NCBI GenBank assembly: GCA_951406725.2
Contig: OX597819.1
Coordinates: 78,182,001-78,246,000, forward strand
Source of the DNA: Octopus vulgaris
Lineage: Eukaryota
DNA length: 64,000 nucleotides
Reading direction: 5' to 3'
In this document: in pieces, positions 1 to 11,770 of the stretch
How the letters are laid out: each line of letters begins with the position of its first letter
Position numbering within the stretch: the stretch's first letter is position 1
Notes under the pieces: generated by a model
Told to the model about the DNA's origin: nothing
Seen by the model: only the letters and a program-made list of their open reading frames with translations
Databases searched by the model: none
Made by a program: the position numbers and the translations under genes

Positions 1-103
1 AATCTGTTACTCTGAGTTTCTCGTTGCCGTTCATCAGACAGTTTTTGCTAGAATGGCAAAAACTGTCTGATGAACGGCAACGAGAAACTCAGAGTAACAG
101 ATT
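1..103. repeat. Perfect 48-bp inverted repeat (hairpin), probably an inverted pseudo-LTR of a Penelope-like element; may extend beyond the window start
   Basis: 1-48 is the exact reverse complement of 56-103, with a 7-nt loop (tagaatg). Confidence 0.85.
63..100 (+). ncRNA. Minimal type I hammerhead-ribozyme-like motif
   Basis: CTGT-CTGATGA-A-CG(GCAA)CG-A-GAAA-CTC-A-GAG-TA-ACAG: helix I CTGT/ACAG, CUGAUGA and GAAA core, GNRA-capped helix II, very short helix III, GUA site. Confidence 0.55.
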
Positions 104-203
104 TTGTTGATTTTTCTGCTGCTTAAAATAAAGCATATTACTCTACCACTGGTATTTGAGTACTCTTTTTTCCACCTTGTTTCACATTTATGTGTTTACT
201 CCG

Positions 204-242
<39 letters not shown>

Positions 243-899
243 TGTGTGTGTGTGTGTGTAGTGTAGAGAGAGAGAGAGGTATGTATGTGTATCATATAGA
301 AAGCGGTGAAGATAATGTTCGTGTTCGTGTGTCTGTGTCTGTGTGTTTTGCGCGCACGCACAAATCATAAAGAAACTAAAGGAAGTAGAGAGAGGAGTTG
401 GGATAAGCAAGAGAACTATAATTCTGTCTTATGATTCAAATTGATATATACAAATCAAAATCATGTGTCAATGTGTTTGTAGATAGATGTGTGTTGTGTG
501 TGCGTATGAATCTTCGAATAGTAAAAAAGTATTAGCATGTACGTGTGTGAATGTGAATGTGAATGGGTACGCACGTGCATGTGTGTTTTTTGTGTGTGGA
601 AGTGTATAGACCTGCACAAGAAGGGCTTGATAAATCAAACATTCTTGGAACTAAACAGGCAAAAGCATCAGCCCGAATAAATATAACTATACTCTACAGT
701 ATGTATTGAGTATTTTCTCTCTTGCCCTGGGAGTACATGCATGAATGTGCGTATGCAATATATATATATATTTATATATATATATATTTATTTATATATA
801 TATATATATATATAGTGTAATAAATAAAATATATGCATACATACAAACATATATGTATGTACCTACATCTAAATGTATATATACATGCATATATAAATA

Positions 900-1250
900 T
901 ATACACGTGAGTACATGACACCACAACTAAAACGGAAAAACCATGTTTTACAACAGAAAAACAGAGTACAGTATATACTACACAAGGAAAAATCCCCTTC
1001 ATCAGCTGTCACCAGTTCGACTCTAGCGTGTTTCGAAGGCAAGACAGAACACGACTCGCCAAACTAATCCTTCCTGCGAGAGAATTAAAATAAAATTACC
1101 TCGCAGAGGGGTAAAAACAAGCAAGAAAAAAATGTAACACAAACAGGACGTAAAAACGATACAAATAAAACTACAAAATAAAATACAAGATAAAAATACA
1201 TGTACAAGAAAATACAATACGAAAAATAAAAATAAACAAGAAAACAAACA

Positions 1251-1297
<47 letters not shown>

Positions 1298-1965
1298 TCA
1301 TTGCAGCGCAACTGAATCCCGCTTGTTTACTTAACTGTAAAATATATTTCCTGAATATCTTACTGCAACTCTCAGCTCTGCCTTCCCCTCCTCTTTCTTC
1401 TCTTCTTTTTCTTTTTCCCACCCCTCCTTAATTGCTTCCCTTGTACCTGTCCTCTCTCCTTCCATCTCTCTTATTCTTCTGCACCCTCTCTCTCTCTCTC
1501 TGTGCCTTTCTCATCCCGTAGTCCCTCCACCACTCTTCCTCTCTCCAGCCACGTGACCAGTGTCCAGTCAAAGCGTGTCGTTCTTATTCGGCCTGACCCA
1601 TCTACACACGTTTGTGTTCTGTACGTCAAGGACTTTTTCCATATCTTTGCGCTACCTCACTACGTCTGTCTTGATAGCCGAAAAGGCTTTTTCTGTTTGT
1701 ATTGTATTGTTTTAGTACTGTTTACGTAAGGCATTTTCTATTATGTATAATGTTATTTTGTCCTGTCCTCGCACACATTCGTCAGCATTATCCTGTAGCT
1801 CTATGCTCTGGCGCCCCCGTTAGATAACAGTGGTCTTGATTTAAATAGCGTGAAACCACTAAGACGTCTCGGCTACCAACTGATGAGAAAGTCAGCTACG
1901 AATGTTTCTTGTATCGTGTTTTTTTCACCCTTTTCTGTCCTTTATGTTTTCACCCAATTTTCGTC
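900..1965. repeat. Two divergent interspersed-repeat fragments separated by (TA)n, each carrying GAAAC...GTC...CTGATGA; possibly Penelope-like pLTR pieces
   Basis: Motif on the - strand at 996-1040 and on the + strand at 1846-1898; each is followed by a T-rich tail and bounded by TA microsatellites. Confidence 0.35.
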
Positions 1966-2025
<60 letters not shown>

Positions 2026-2183
2026 CGTCTATATCTAGCATATAGGCTGTCCATTTTTAGTGGTCAGTCCTCTAAATTTTGTTTGTAAAATAATTTTTAA
2101 TCGTCGGATTTTTTAAATAAACTAGGCCAATGATTTTAATTGACTTATATCAATTTCTACCCTTATTTAATTAAATATATATA

Positions 2184-2717
2184 TAGTAATACCTCACTTT
2201 AAAGGGCCCACTTTACGAGACCCCTATTTTACGAATTTTATTTTGTAATAAATTTTCGAAGCACAAGGTCCAAATTTTCAAAGCAGTTCAAAAGTTTCTT
2301 GTACCATAACAAATGCTTCTGCGTGTTACCAAGTAATTTATAGAGATAATAAAAAAAGCTTCTTCTAAGCAAACAACTCTGGACTTGTTTTTTAGAAAGA
2401 AATCTACAAGTCCATCGACGAGTGCTTCTGAATCGGTGATTGAGTTTACAAGTGATGGTATGCGCGAGTCTAGTGCGAGTGAAAGTTATTCAGAAAACGA
2501 TTATAATGATATTTTTTATTTTAAATGTTCTTGACATTTTTTTTACTTTACATAAAATATTTTCTACATTCTACTGTTGTTTTCTTGATATTTATTTACG
2601 AATATTATAAATTTTATAGGCAAAATATTTTTCTGAGAACGAATTACGATTTATAACATTGCTACTTTGGGAAATTGTTGCTCTGCTTTACGTGGTTCGT
2701 ATATCGAGGCATTACTG
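2184..2717 (+). mobile_element. Internally deleted Tigger/pogo-like DNA transposon
   Basis: Imperfect TIRs (t/c)agtaat(a/g)cctc with TA flanks; frameshifted transposase C-terminus NASACYQVIYRDNKK/ASSKQTTLDLFFRK. Confidence 0.75.
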
Positions 2718-3060
2718 TATATATAACCCGAATAAGAAGACAAATAAAGAGTTCATTACAACTTGAACGACCACTGACAATTGTTTCTGTGCCAAACCTG
2801 TTTTGACGCCAAATAACGCATACGTTCCATGTGATAAACTCTTTCTTTGTCTTCTTATTTGTATTATATTTTACTCTTCACTAAACTCATGCATTCATTT
2901 TAACGATGTGATACCTGAATTTTCTATACCTGAATGATTTCGATCTTACGATTACAATTCGAGTATATAGATAGCCTCAAGCTCATGTTGAATGCTGCAC
3001 TGGAAAAATACACCATCGTATATACATATATAGGGTCAGTGTTTGTAATCATGTCTCAGT

Positions 3061-3096
<36 letters not shown>

Positions 3097-3316
3097 TTGT
3101 CTGGCTGTCTATCTATCTATCTATCTATTTATCTGTACATTTTCTCTCATACAATCAAAACACAACGTTATCATTATCGTACATACAATATGCAGTTAGC
3201 ACGATCATTAGACGTGTCTGATACGATCAGTTTCTATGGCTTAGGTCATCCGGGGTCATTGAAAAGTTCGGTCTAACCTCCTCTGCTATTCTGGGGCCAC
3301 ATGTGTATATGGTATA

Positions 3317-3794
3317 CGAGGCCTGATCAAAAAGTAAACTGCAACACATCAATTTGGCTTTTCATCTCCTTCGAAGATGAAGTTCTTTTCTGAAGCCACA
3401 CACTTTATCCAGCGTCGTTTCCATTGATAGAAACATTTCCGGGACTTCTTTTTTGGAGATGGCGAGCAGCTACCTCATTACATTCTCGTAGATTTCTTCG
3501 ACATCTTGAAATCTTGCTCCTTTCGATTCTTGGCTATGGAGTCATAGCCATAAACCCTCGATTCGTCACATGATATGAAAGTTTTCGTCTTCCTCGACAC
3601 AGCTAAATCCGGGCTTCTTTATGAGATGACCACACTCTACGTACTTTTCTTCCAAGCGCTGCTATAAACAATGGAAATAAACGAGAACATTATAACTTAA
3701 TCTGCATGAGCGACAGAATGCCAAGCGGCTTCATTCTGCGTACTTTAACTTCATTACCTTGGCAACAGTCTCGATACTTTTTGACCATACCTCG
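3317..3794 (-). mobile_element. Internally deleted mariner-like element
   Basis: TIRs cgaggcctgatcaaaaagta / tactttttgaccatacctcg, left end after TA; - strand remnants DESRVYGYD and CFYQWKRRWIKCVAS...FEGD match mariner transposase motifs. Confidence 0.8.
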
Positions 3795-3939
3795 CATATA
3801 TATATATACATAATCATACAAACGCAAAATAAACGGATAATGATGGATTCATTTTAATAATTGAGAAACCCCTCGGTTGAAATTTTGGATACACCCATAT
3901 GCATGTATGAATTTCGATAAAAAAAAATTATAAAAAATA

Positions 3940-4160
3940 AATGCGCCCTTTTAAAGCCTAGCCAGGCTCATGAGCCCGGCTTCCCAGTTTCAATGGCGTA
4001 TGTGTTCCCCAGCTGGACGGGACGCCAGTCCATCGCAGCGTTACTCATTTTTGCCAGCTGAGTGGACTGGAGCAACGTAAAATGAAGTGTTTTGCTCAAG
4101 AACACAATGCATCGCCCGGTCCAGGAATCGAAACCACAATCTTACGATCATGATGCTGAT
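3940..4160 (-). mobile_element. tRNA-derived SINE (family with gtgttcttgagcaa...gttgctccagtccactcagctg core)
   Basis: B-box-like tttcgattcc; the same core recurs at ~15015-15330, 21000-21150, 22015-22260, 33015-33300, 48630-48940 and 61195-61470. Confidence 0.7.
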
Positions 4161-5078
4161 CTAGTTTTATATATAATATTTTCTACAAAAATAACTTTTT
4201 GTATAAGTTGTCCTTTTCCATACCGAAAAACTACTAGGTGAAATTTGTTGATTTTATTAAATTAATTATCTTTCACCCTCTATCTGTAATGATTATTTCA
4301 CTCCCCTACGACAAAACTACGAATCTTTTTTTTCGGCAGTACTATTTTGTGACACACGTGGTAGAAAAATTTGGAGGGAAATACGAATTCACTCGTCTAT
4401 ATCAATGTGGATATGCTGATTAACTTTTATATGTTCTGATGCCGCTTGGTCAGAAATATAAGGGATAAGTTTTCCTACCATTTCTAGATTTATTTATCGA
4501 AATATTATGTCGATGAAGGAAATGAATCTTATGATTCTAATCCAGAAACGTGCGTCCATAATTAATCGAAGACTGTTTGAGTTCATTATTTTTCTTCTTT
4601 TTTGCCATGTGTGAGTTACAAATACTGTTGTCTGAGGAGACATATTTTTGTAGAAAAAGGAAATAGTAGTCTTTTGGCTGCTATTTCTAAAATTTTCGGT
4701 ATGTGGTCAAGCAACTTGTTGCAAAGCCCTTATTGTTATAAATATATATATATATCAATGGTAACGCCGGCATTCAAGCTGTTTGGGCTTAGCCCGAGTA
4801 TAAGTTTAGTAAAGTAAACGTGTGTATTTGCAAGCTGATTTATTTTCTGCCTACACTGACTTCATGTGTGTAATTACAGCCAATAACTCAAGCTCCTTTT
4901 ATTGAGCCTTGTCGCAGTCCGTTTATTTTCGTTCAGTGTCTGGCGGTCGTCTTAGAGGTGCCCTGTATCAAAAAATGTCATTCGTAGCAGACGCTCTCTC
5001 GACATCGTTCGCACTCGCCTGACTCTGGCTCAGAAGTTAATGCCCCAGTTGTGAACTATAATCGTAAAAATTAAAAGT

Positions 5079-5594
5079 TGTAGCGAGACACCTCGCATGC
5101 AACCATTGCCATACGCGAGACAAAAACGGGATCTCGCTTGCAACCATTATTTAAGGAAAAGACAACAACCACATTCCCTCTCGTTCTTCTCACGCTGACT
5201 CCGGGCAAGACGTCGAAGCCAGGAGCTCACAGCGGACTTTTGTCCCGCTGTGATACCACATGCATTTTCTCCAGAGGCTATTGAACCTCACGTGTATGGG
5301 TGAGAAGGCTAACTAAATACTGCTGTGAAGATGGTTACTGAAAGCAAAACCCTTGTGCAAAGCACTTATGAATAAACGGTTATTGAATTTACTCCGCCTA
5401 AGAACTTCATTCTTCGAATTTCCAGCTCCTTGAATTAACAAAATAATTATAATGGAAGAAGAAGATACCCCAAACGTATCATAAAAACCTTCCTTCCATT
5501 ATAAAGTAATTGAAATTCAATGGTTTCTTGAAACAATAAATTTCTATAGAGAGTAGGATTTAAATTCCAATCTACGAAAAGATTCTGTTCTACA
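5079..5594 (+). mobile_element. Possible solo LTR nested in the hAT element
   Basis: TGTAG...CTACA termini, TATTTAA and AATAAA inside; no clean TSD. Confidence 0.35.
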
Positions 5595-5833
5595 ATATTC
5601 TTAAAGGAACGAAAAATTAATACGAACGAGCCTGGTAAGTATAAAGGACGAACGAGACTGATAGGTGTAAAGGACTAACTGACATCTCTTGTCAAGAGTA
5701 CAGGCGACAGTCAGATCGCTGATGTTTGTTGTACACTCCGCTATTGTTATTTGATTGCTGTTATTCTGTGCGTCTGTGTGTAAAGATCAGTTGAGTTTTA
5801 CATGGTTACCTTATTTCTACCCTTAACTTAGAA

Positions 5834-8687
5834 ATGGAGAAAGACATAATGCTAGATATAATAAAATAATCCATTTGAGGTTAGAAATATTGCCGAAAAA
5901 CGTGAAATTCTTCGAGCAGGCATGCTGACTCCTTCATTGAAAACGAAAATTAAAACTTGAGCATTCCAGGTAAAATTGTATGAACACATTGATTGGCTTT
6001 GTGGAAGTAGTGTCACAGGGAAACTCTACTGCTGGCCATGTTTGCTGTCTCAACTAAAAGCTAATCAGTCGTGGACAGTTGGAGGCTATAATAATTAGAA
6101 AAACATCCTGAGTGACCGTAAGCATCACAGTAAATCTGCGAGTCATTTAATTAGTTATAAAAGCTTGAAAACTTATGGACTGTACGATATTGCGACAGCT
6201 ATTAGAGAGTCTGCTAAACTGGAAAAAGAACGGCATAACAAAGCAACTGAAGAAAATAGACAATAATTAAGGCAGTCAAAGGTGAACAGCTGGCAGAAAC
6301 GTAAGTACGCCGGGCAAAATGCTTAGCGGTATTTCGTCTGCCGTTACGTTGTGAGTTCAAATTCCACCGAGGTCGACTTTGCCTTTCGTCCTTTCGGGGT
6401 CGATAAATTAAGTACCAGTTACGCACTGAGGTCGATGTAATCGACTTAATACCTATGTCTGTCCTTGTTTGTCCCCTCTGTGTTTAGCTTCTTGTGGGTA
6501 ATAAAGAAATAGGTATTTCGTCTGCCGTTACGGTCTGAGTTCAAATTCCGCCGAGGTCGACTTTGCCTTTCATCCTTTCGGGGTCGATTAAATAAGTACC
6601 AATTACGCACTGGGGTCAATGTAATCGACTTAATCAGTGTGTCTGTCCTTTTTTGTCCCCTCTGTGTTTAGCCCCTTGTGGGTAGTGAAGAAATAGGTAT
6701 TTCGTCTGCTGTTACGTTCTGAGTTCAAATTCCGCCGAGGTCGACTTTGCCTTTCTTCCTTTCGGGGTCGATAAATTAAGTACCAGTTACGCACTGGGGT
6801 TGATGTAATCGACTTAATCCGTTTGTCTGTCCTTGTTTTTCCTCTCTCTGTTTAGCCCCTTGTGGGTAGTAAAGAAATAGGTATTTCGTCTGCCGTTACG
6901 TTCTGAGTTCAAATTCCGCCGAGGTCGACTTTGCCTTTCATTCTTTCGGGGTCGATAAATTAAGTACCAGTTGCGTAGTGGGGTCAATCTAATCGACTGT
7001 CCCCCTCCCACAAAATTTCGGGCCTTGTGCCTATAGTATAAAGAATATTTAAAGCAGTCAACAAATGCAGTGTTATACCTGTGTAAACAAGAGTTGCCTT
7101 TACCTGGGCATAATGAAGGAAGTGACAGCCTTAGTAGAGGAAATTGCCGTGAACTATTGCAGTGCTTTGCTGAAATCGACAGCGTGTTTGCTTCTAGACT
7201 TTCCACTAAAGAGGAGTCGAAACGGTTTTCAGGAGTCTCAGGTACAAAACAAAATGACCTTATACAAGCGATTGGAAATGTCATCTCTGATGAAATTAGA
7301 AGCGAAGTTGATAAAGTTCCGTTTATGTCTGCACAAGCCGACAAAACTACAAACTGTGTAATGCATGTCCAACTGTCGGACATGATAAGATATGTATATG
7401 ATGACAAAACATGTCAACGATTTCTTGGATTCTGTGAAGACAGTGCTGATAAAAGTGCTACAAGACTGGTTGATGTAATCGCAACTGCGTTGAGCTCCTT
7501 CAGTGGAGTCACAGATAAATTAGCGAGCCAGACTTACGACGGAGCAGTTGTAATGGCAGGAATGGTAAACGGAGTACAGAGCAAGCTAAAAGCTAAAGGA
7601 TTTAAACACGCGCACTTCATTCACTGCTATGCGCATAAACTTAACTGAGTCTTGAGTAAAAGTGCCGAGAAGGTGAGTGGAGTAAAAATGTGTTGCTTTT
7701 TTTTTCTCATTGACGTGCATTTAGTAAATTTACATCTTCCAGCACCAAGCGGGAAAACGTTTTCAAGCAATTTAATGTCAGTATTCCATCACTGTGCGAA
7801 ACAGGATGGTGCTATAGATCAAGAACTGTGTCCTCCATAAAACTATTGCATGAAAGCTTGAAAAATGCCTTGACAAGTATTCTAGAATCTAGTGAAGAGT
7901 GGGATGAAGATACACTTTGTCAAACAGACAATCTATTGGCAAAGTTGAATGATTTCACATTCATGCTTTTCGTCAATTGCTTTCACAACATACTTTCTCA
8001 TTGTGTTGAAGGCTATCGTAAGCACGGACATTATAAAAACATTCTGTGCGATACTGCTGCTGTAATTGAACATGTCGATGAGTCCGATCTTCCTCCTAGA
8101 AAAAGAGTCAGAGGTGCACAAATTAATTACAAAGCTACTTACTTTGAAATAATTGACAACATTCTAATGTTCTTACGAGAGAGATTTTCTGGCATTCAGG
8201 AGTATACATTCTTTTAAAAATTACTGGACATTAATAAGTTTGAAGAGTTTGCTAACTCGTTTCCTATGCAACATATGGACTTTCCAGAAAACACTATCTC
8301 AATATTTTTGACTGTAAGAGCTTAGCGGACGAGCTAAAATATGTGTATATTGACAGTGATTTCAAAAAGTGCAAGTGAATCCATTCCTTTTTAGAACTGC
8401 TGTATACATTGGACTTGACATCCGCTATGCCGGAATCCATTTAACTAATTAAGCTAGGTCTGACCATCTCCTTAACATCAGTCGTTAATGAGAGAAGTTT
8501 CTCAACGTTGGTTAGAATCCGCTCATAACTGAGAAGTACAATGGCCCAAGAACGGTTGTCTTCACTGGGTCGTATTTCCATCGAGAAAAGCATTTTGAAC
8601 GACTTGGACAACAAGAAGGAGCTGCATGACAGGATGTTATACAAGTTCAACTTGAAACCAAGACGATTGGAGTTCATATATAAATGA
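5834..8687 (+). pseudogene. Disrupted hAT transposase
   Basis: TTF-type Zn finger (WLCGS..KLYCWPCLL), DUF4371-like LCKQELPLPGHNE..RGN, ADKTTN (degenerate D-E-T-T-D), QTYDGA, HCYAHKLN and hATC ERSFSTL..LRSTMAQERLSSL; multiple stops, frameshifts and a SINE insertion. Confidence 0.88.
6280..7043 (+). mobile_element. Tandem four-unit array of a tRNA-derived SINE inserted in the hAT transposase
   Basis: Units start at 6328, 6512, 6696 and 6880 (exact 184-bp period); flanked by a 16/18-identical duplication at 6262-6279 and 7044-7061. Confidence 0.9.
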
Positions 8688-8996
8688 AGTAATTTTTATA
8701 TTAAGCTATATTTCTGTGACATTCTTTCGTTAGAAGCAGCAAACTTGCTTACTGTTGAATTATCAATGCCCATATAAGTTTGCGGTGTGCATTACGCCTC
8801 TTACCTTTTATACGTGTTTTATGCGAAATCTAAGATGAGTACGAGTGAATTTGATGACCTGGAGTCGCTTCTGATACGTGTATGTGTGTGTGTGTGTATT
8901 TGTATATATTTATATAGGGCGCGTATATAATGCGTAGTTAAGTGTATATTTATATTCGTGTGTAAATGTTCACAATATGTTCATGTATTAGCGTAT

Positions 8997-9049
<53 letters not shown>

Positions 9050-10188
9050 CTAGAAAATGCAGTTAAATACGTGTGCATGTATGTAAATGCATGTTTCGTG
9101 AGTATGTATGTGTATGCTTATATATGAGGTATCGTGTATGAATATGTGTGCAGATGTGCGTGTGCGCACCGTGTGAATTATGACATTGCCCGAGACTCAA
9201 AATGGCATCTAACTCATAAATCTGTTTATGTATTTGTATTATAATGTATATGTATGGATTCGCGTTCGTATGAGTACATAGAGAATATATGTGAATGCAG
9301 TTGGTGTGCGTGTGTGTGTGTGTGTGCATGCGTGTGTGTGTGTGCGTGTGCGTGCAAGTCAAATGTGTAATAAATTCATGTCTTCGTTAGTGTCAGATGA
9401 TGGCAAAATCCAAATTTTTATAAGTTTGTCCATTCATATTAAACATATCTATGCACTCATATACGCAAATATATACATACATATATATGTATGTATATCT
9501 ATCTTTCTACATATATAAATGTAGATAGACAGGTAGATAGATAGATAGATAGATAGATAGATATACGTACATACATATACTTACATGTATGGATTTGCGC
9601 AGTTGGATATGTCTGTGAATGTGCTGCATGCTCCGTGTCTAAATGTACGAATATATGTAAGCGCCCGTTTGTGTGTGTGTAAGTGTGTCTATTTATTCGT
9701 GTGACTATATGCGCATGCGTGCCTATTTTCTAGCAAGGCATGGAACTGTTTGAGCCAGAAGTGTATCGGTGAGAATGGCATTCTTACTGCTTTGGATGCA
9801 ATTTTCATCAAGATGCCACTTTTGTTTTGATAAGGACAATGAACGGTAGAAAGTGATGGGGAAACAGTCTTGCATCATGGAAAGCAAACCTCAAGGGATG
9901 ACCTAAGCCATACAAACTGATCGTATCAGACACGTTTAATGATCGTGCTAACTGCATATTGTATGTACAATGATGATAACGTTGAGTTTTGATTGTTTGT
10001 ATGAGAGAAAACATACAAACAGATAGATAGATTGATAGATAGATTGATAGATAGATAGATACATGATTACAAACACAAATCATTAAAACAGTGGACTGTG
10101 AAAAGACAGAGGAAGAAGGTAATGGGAAAATGCATTGGTTGATAATGAATATAGATTGATATACATTCATACAGATAGACATGTAGAC

Positions 10189-10189
<1 letters not shown>

Positions 10190-10261
<72 letters not shown>

Positions 10262-10270
10262 TATAGATAG
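10190..10270. repeat. (GATA)n microsatellite followed by a purine-rich low-complexity tract to ~10860
   Basis: Direct inspection; (TA)n, (TG)n, (GA)n, (TAA)n and (CAT)n tracts occur throughout the window. Confidence 0.95.
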
Positions 10271-11770
10271 ATGTTTCTTTATTAGCCACATAGGGCTGCT
10301 CACAGACGGGACAGATTACAAAGTATAGCTTTTCTTTTGGGGGGAGATAGGTAGATAGATAGACGGAGAGACAGATAGATGAATAGATAGATGGAAAGAA
10401 AGAAAGAAAAGGAAAACGAGAAAGATAGATAAATAGAGAAAATTGAGCTAAAATTTTAAAGATAAAGCTTATCAAAAGAGGCTAAGGAAGAGTATGAGAA
10501 AGAGGAACAATAAGAGAGAAAACGGGAGATGTAGAAGGAAAGGTGAGATGCTGTAGAAGGAAAGAGAAGAACTAAAGAGTAACGAGATATAAAATGAAAG
10601 GCAAAAGAAGTTAAAGAGAATGTGAGGTGATAGTACAAGAACTAAGATAGAGAAATGGAGGGCAAGCGGATGAAGCAAAAGTTAAGAGAGAAGTAGAGAG
10701 TAAAAGAGAGGAGAGAGATAGAGACAGAGAGAAAGTGAAAGAGAGGGGGACAAGGGAGATAATAAGGGGTGTAGGCAGAGAATAAGTGTTAAGGCGAACT
10801 GACAAGGAAATGTCGTTGGGAAGAAGCAAGCAGTCCGAAGGAAGAAAAGGAAGAATGGCTGATTAATTCAACTAGCTGAAGGTAAATGTTTATTCATGAG
10901 CGATATAGGTGTTATTTATGTTTGCAGTGGCTGTCAACATCAGCTGGTTTGATGTCAGTCAAAGCTGGCAGCCGACGCAGCTTTTAATAGAAGCGACATG
11001 TTTGAACTGTGCCTTTCACCTGCGGAATGGTTGATTTATACGAACAAGCCACGACAGTTGACTACTTCCAATGGCTACAACATCGAGTCTGCCACTGTTC
11101 ATTGATTCCCTTACAAATAGTAAAAATAATAATAAGAGAAAGAGAGAGAGAGAGAGAGACAAACTATCATAAATAAATAAGTCGGAGCCAAAAAAGAAAT
11201 AAAAATGGACGTTGGGGGTAGGTGCATTGGAGGAACACTATGTTTTAATATCTTTGTATGTTTGCAGCTATAATATAATAACGCTGTCATATATTCTAGC
11301 TCTTGTGAAGGAAAACTGTGTGGTTTGAAACGCACACCAGAAGTAGAAAATATAAATAGAATAAAAAAAAAGTCCAACAAAAACCTAAACAAGTTGAAGC
11401 AAATTAGGGCACAAATCTATTTTGTTGAGATTGATAATAATAATAATAATACAAGTAATAATTTTTTCTTTTTTATCTATAAGCACAAACAATGAATTTT
11501 GAGACATGGGTGCTGCTGTTGATGTAATCAGCTCTCGTACTTGAACAGTATATATTTTCTTTATCCTGAAGAGATGATAACCAGCATTTAAGCTGGCGGG
11601 ATTTTTAATTCAGATCTTTAAGGAAGGTAAGATTTTCTAACATAAAGGCCGTGACTTCAAATTTGGGGATGGCTAAAGTCGATTTAAATGGTACATTATT
11701 TTATGAAACCTGGAAAGGATGGTATTTCGATGTTGACTTCGGTGGGGTCTAAACTCAGAATATAAACATC

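Larger units (their letters stand above)
4756..8873 (+). mobile_element. hAT-superfamily DNA transposon (Tip100/Zaphod, ZMYM1/DUF4371-like), decayed; left boundary uncertain
   Basis: Transposase remnants at 5834-8687; right end ...ggagtcgcttctg resembles a CAG-starting hAT TIR; weak left match caatggtaacgccgg at 4756; ~26-bp subterminal-like repeats at 5622-5675. Confidence 0.7.

Noticed and set aside
104-2038. Short ORFs rich in YI/CV/HT/LS repeats, here and throughout the window
   Set aside because: They are translations of (TA)n, (TG)n, (GATA)n and (GA)n microsatellites
6328-7043. 184-bp repeats as a tRNA or 5S gene cluster
   Set aside because: Units have a B-box-like motif but no cloverleaf or 5S sequence; they match dispersed SINE copies and interrupt a transposase
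7070-8217. Intact or domesticated ZMYM1-like gene
   Set aside because: Multiple stops, frameshifts, a degenerate first catalytic motif and a SINE insertion
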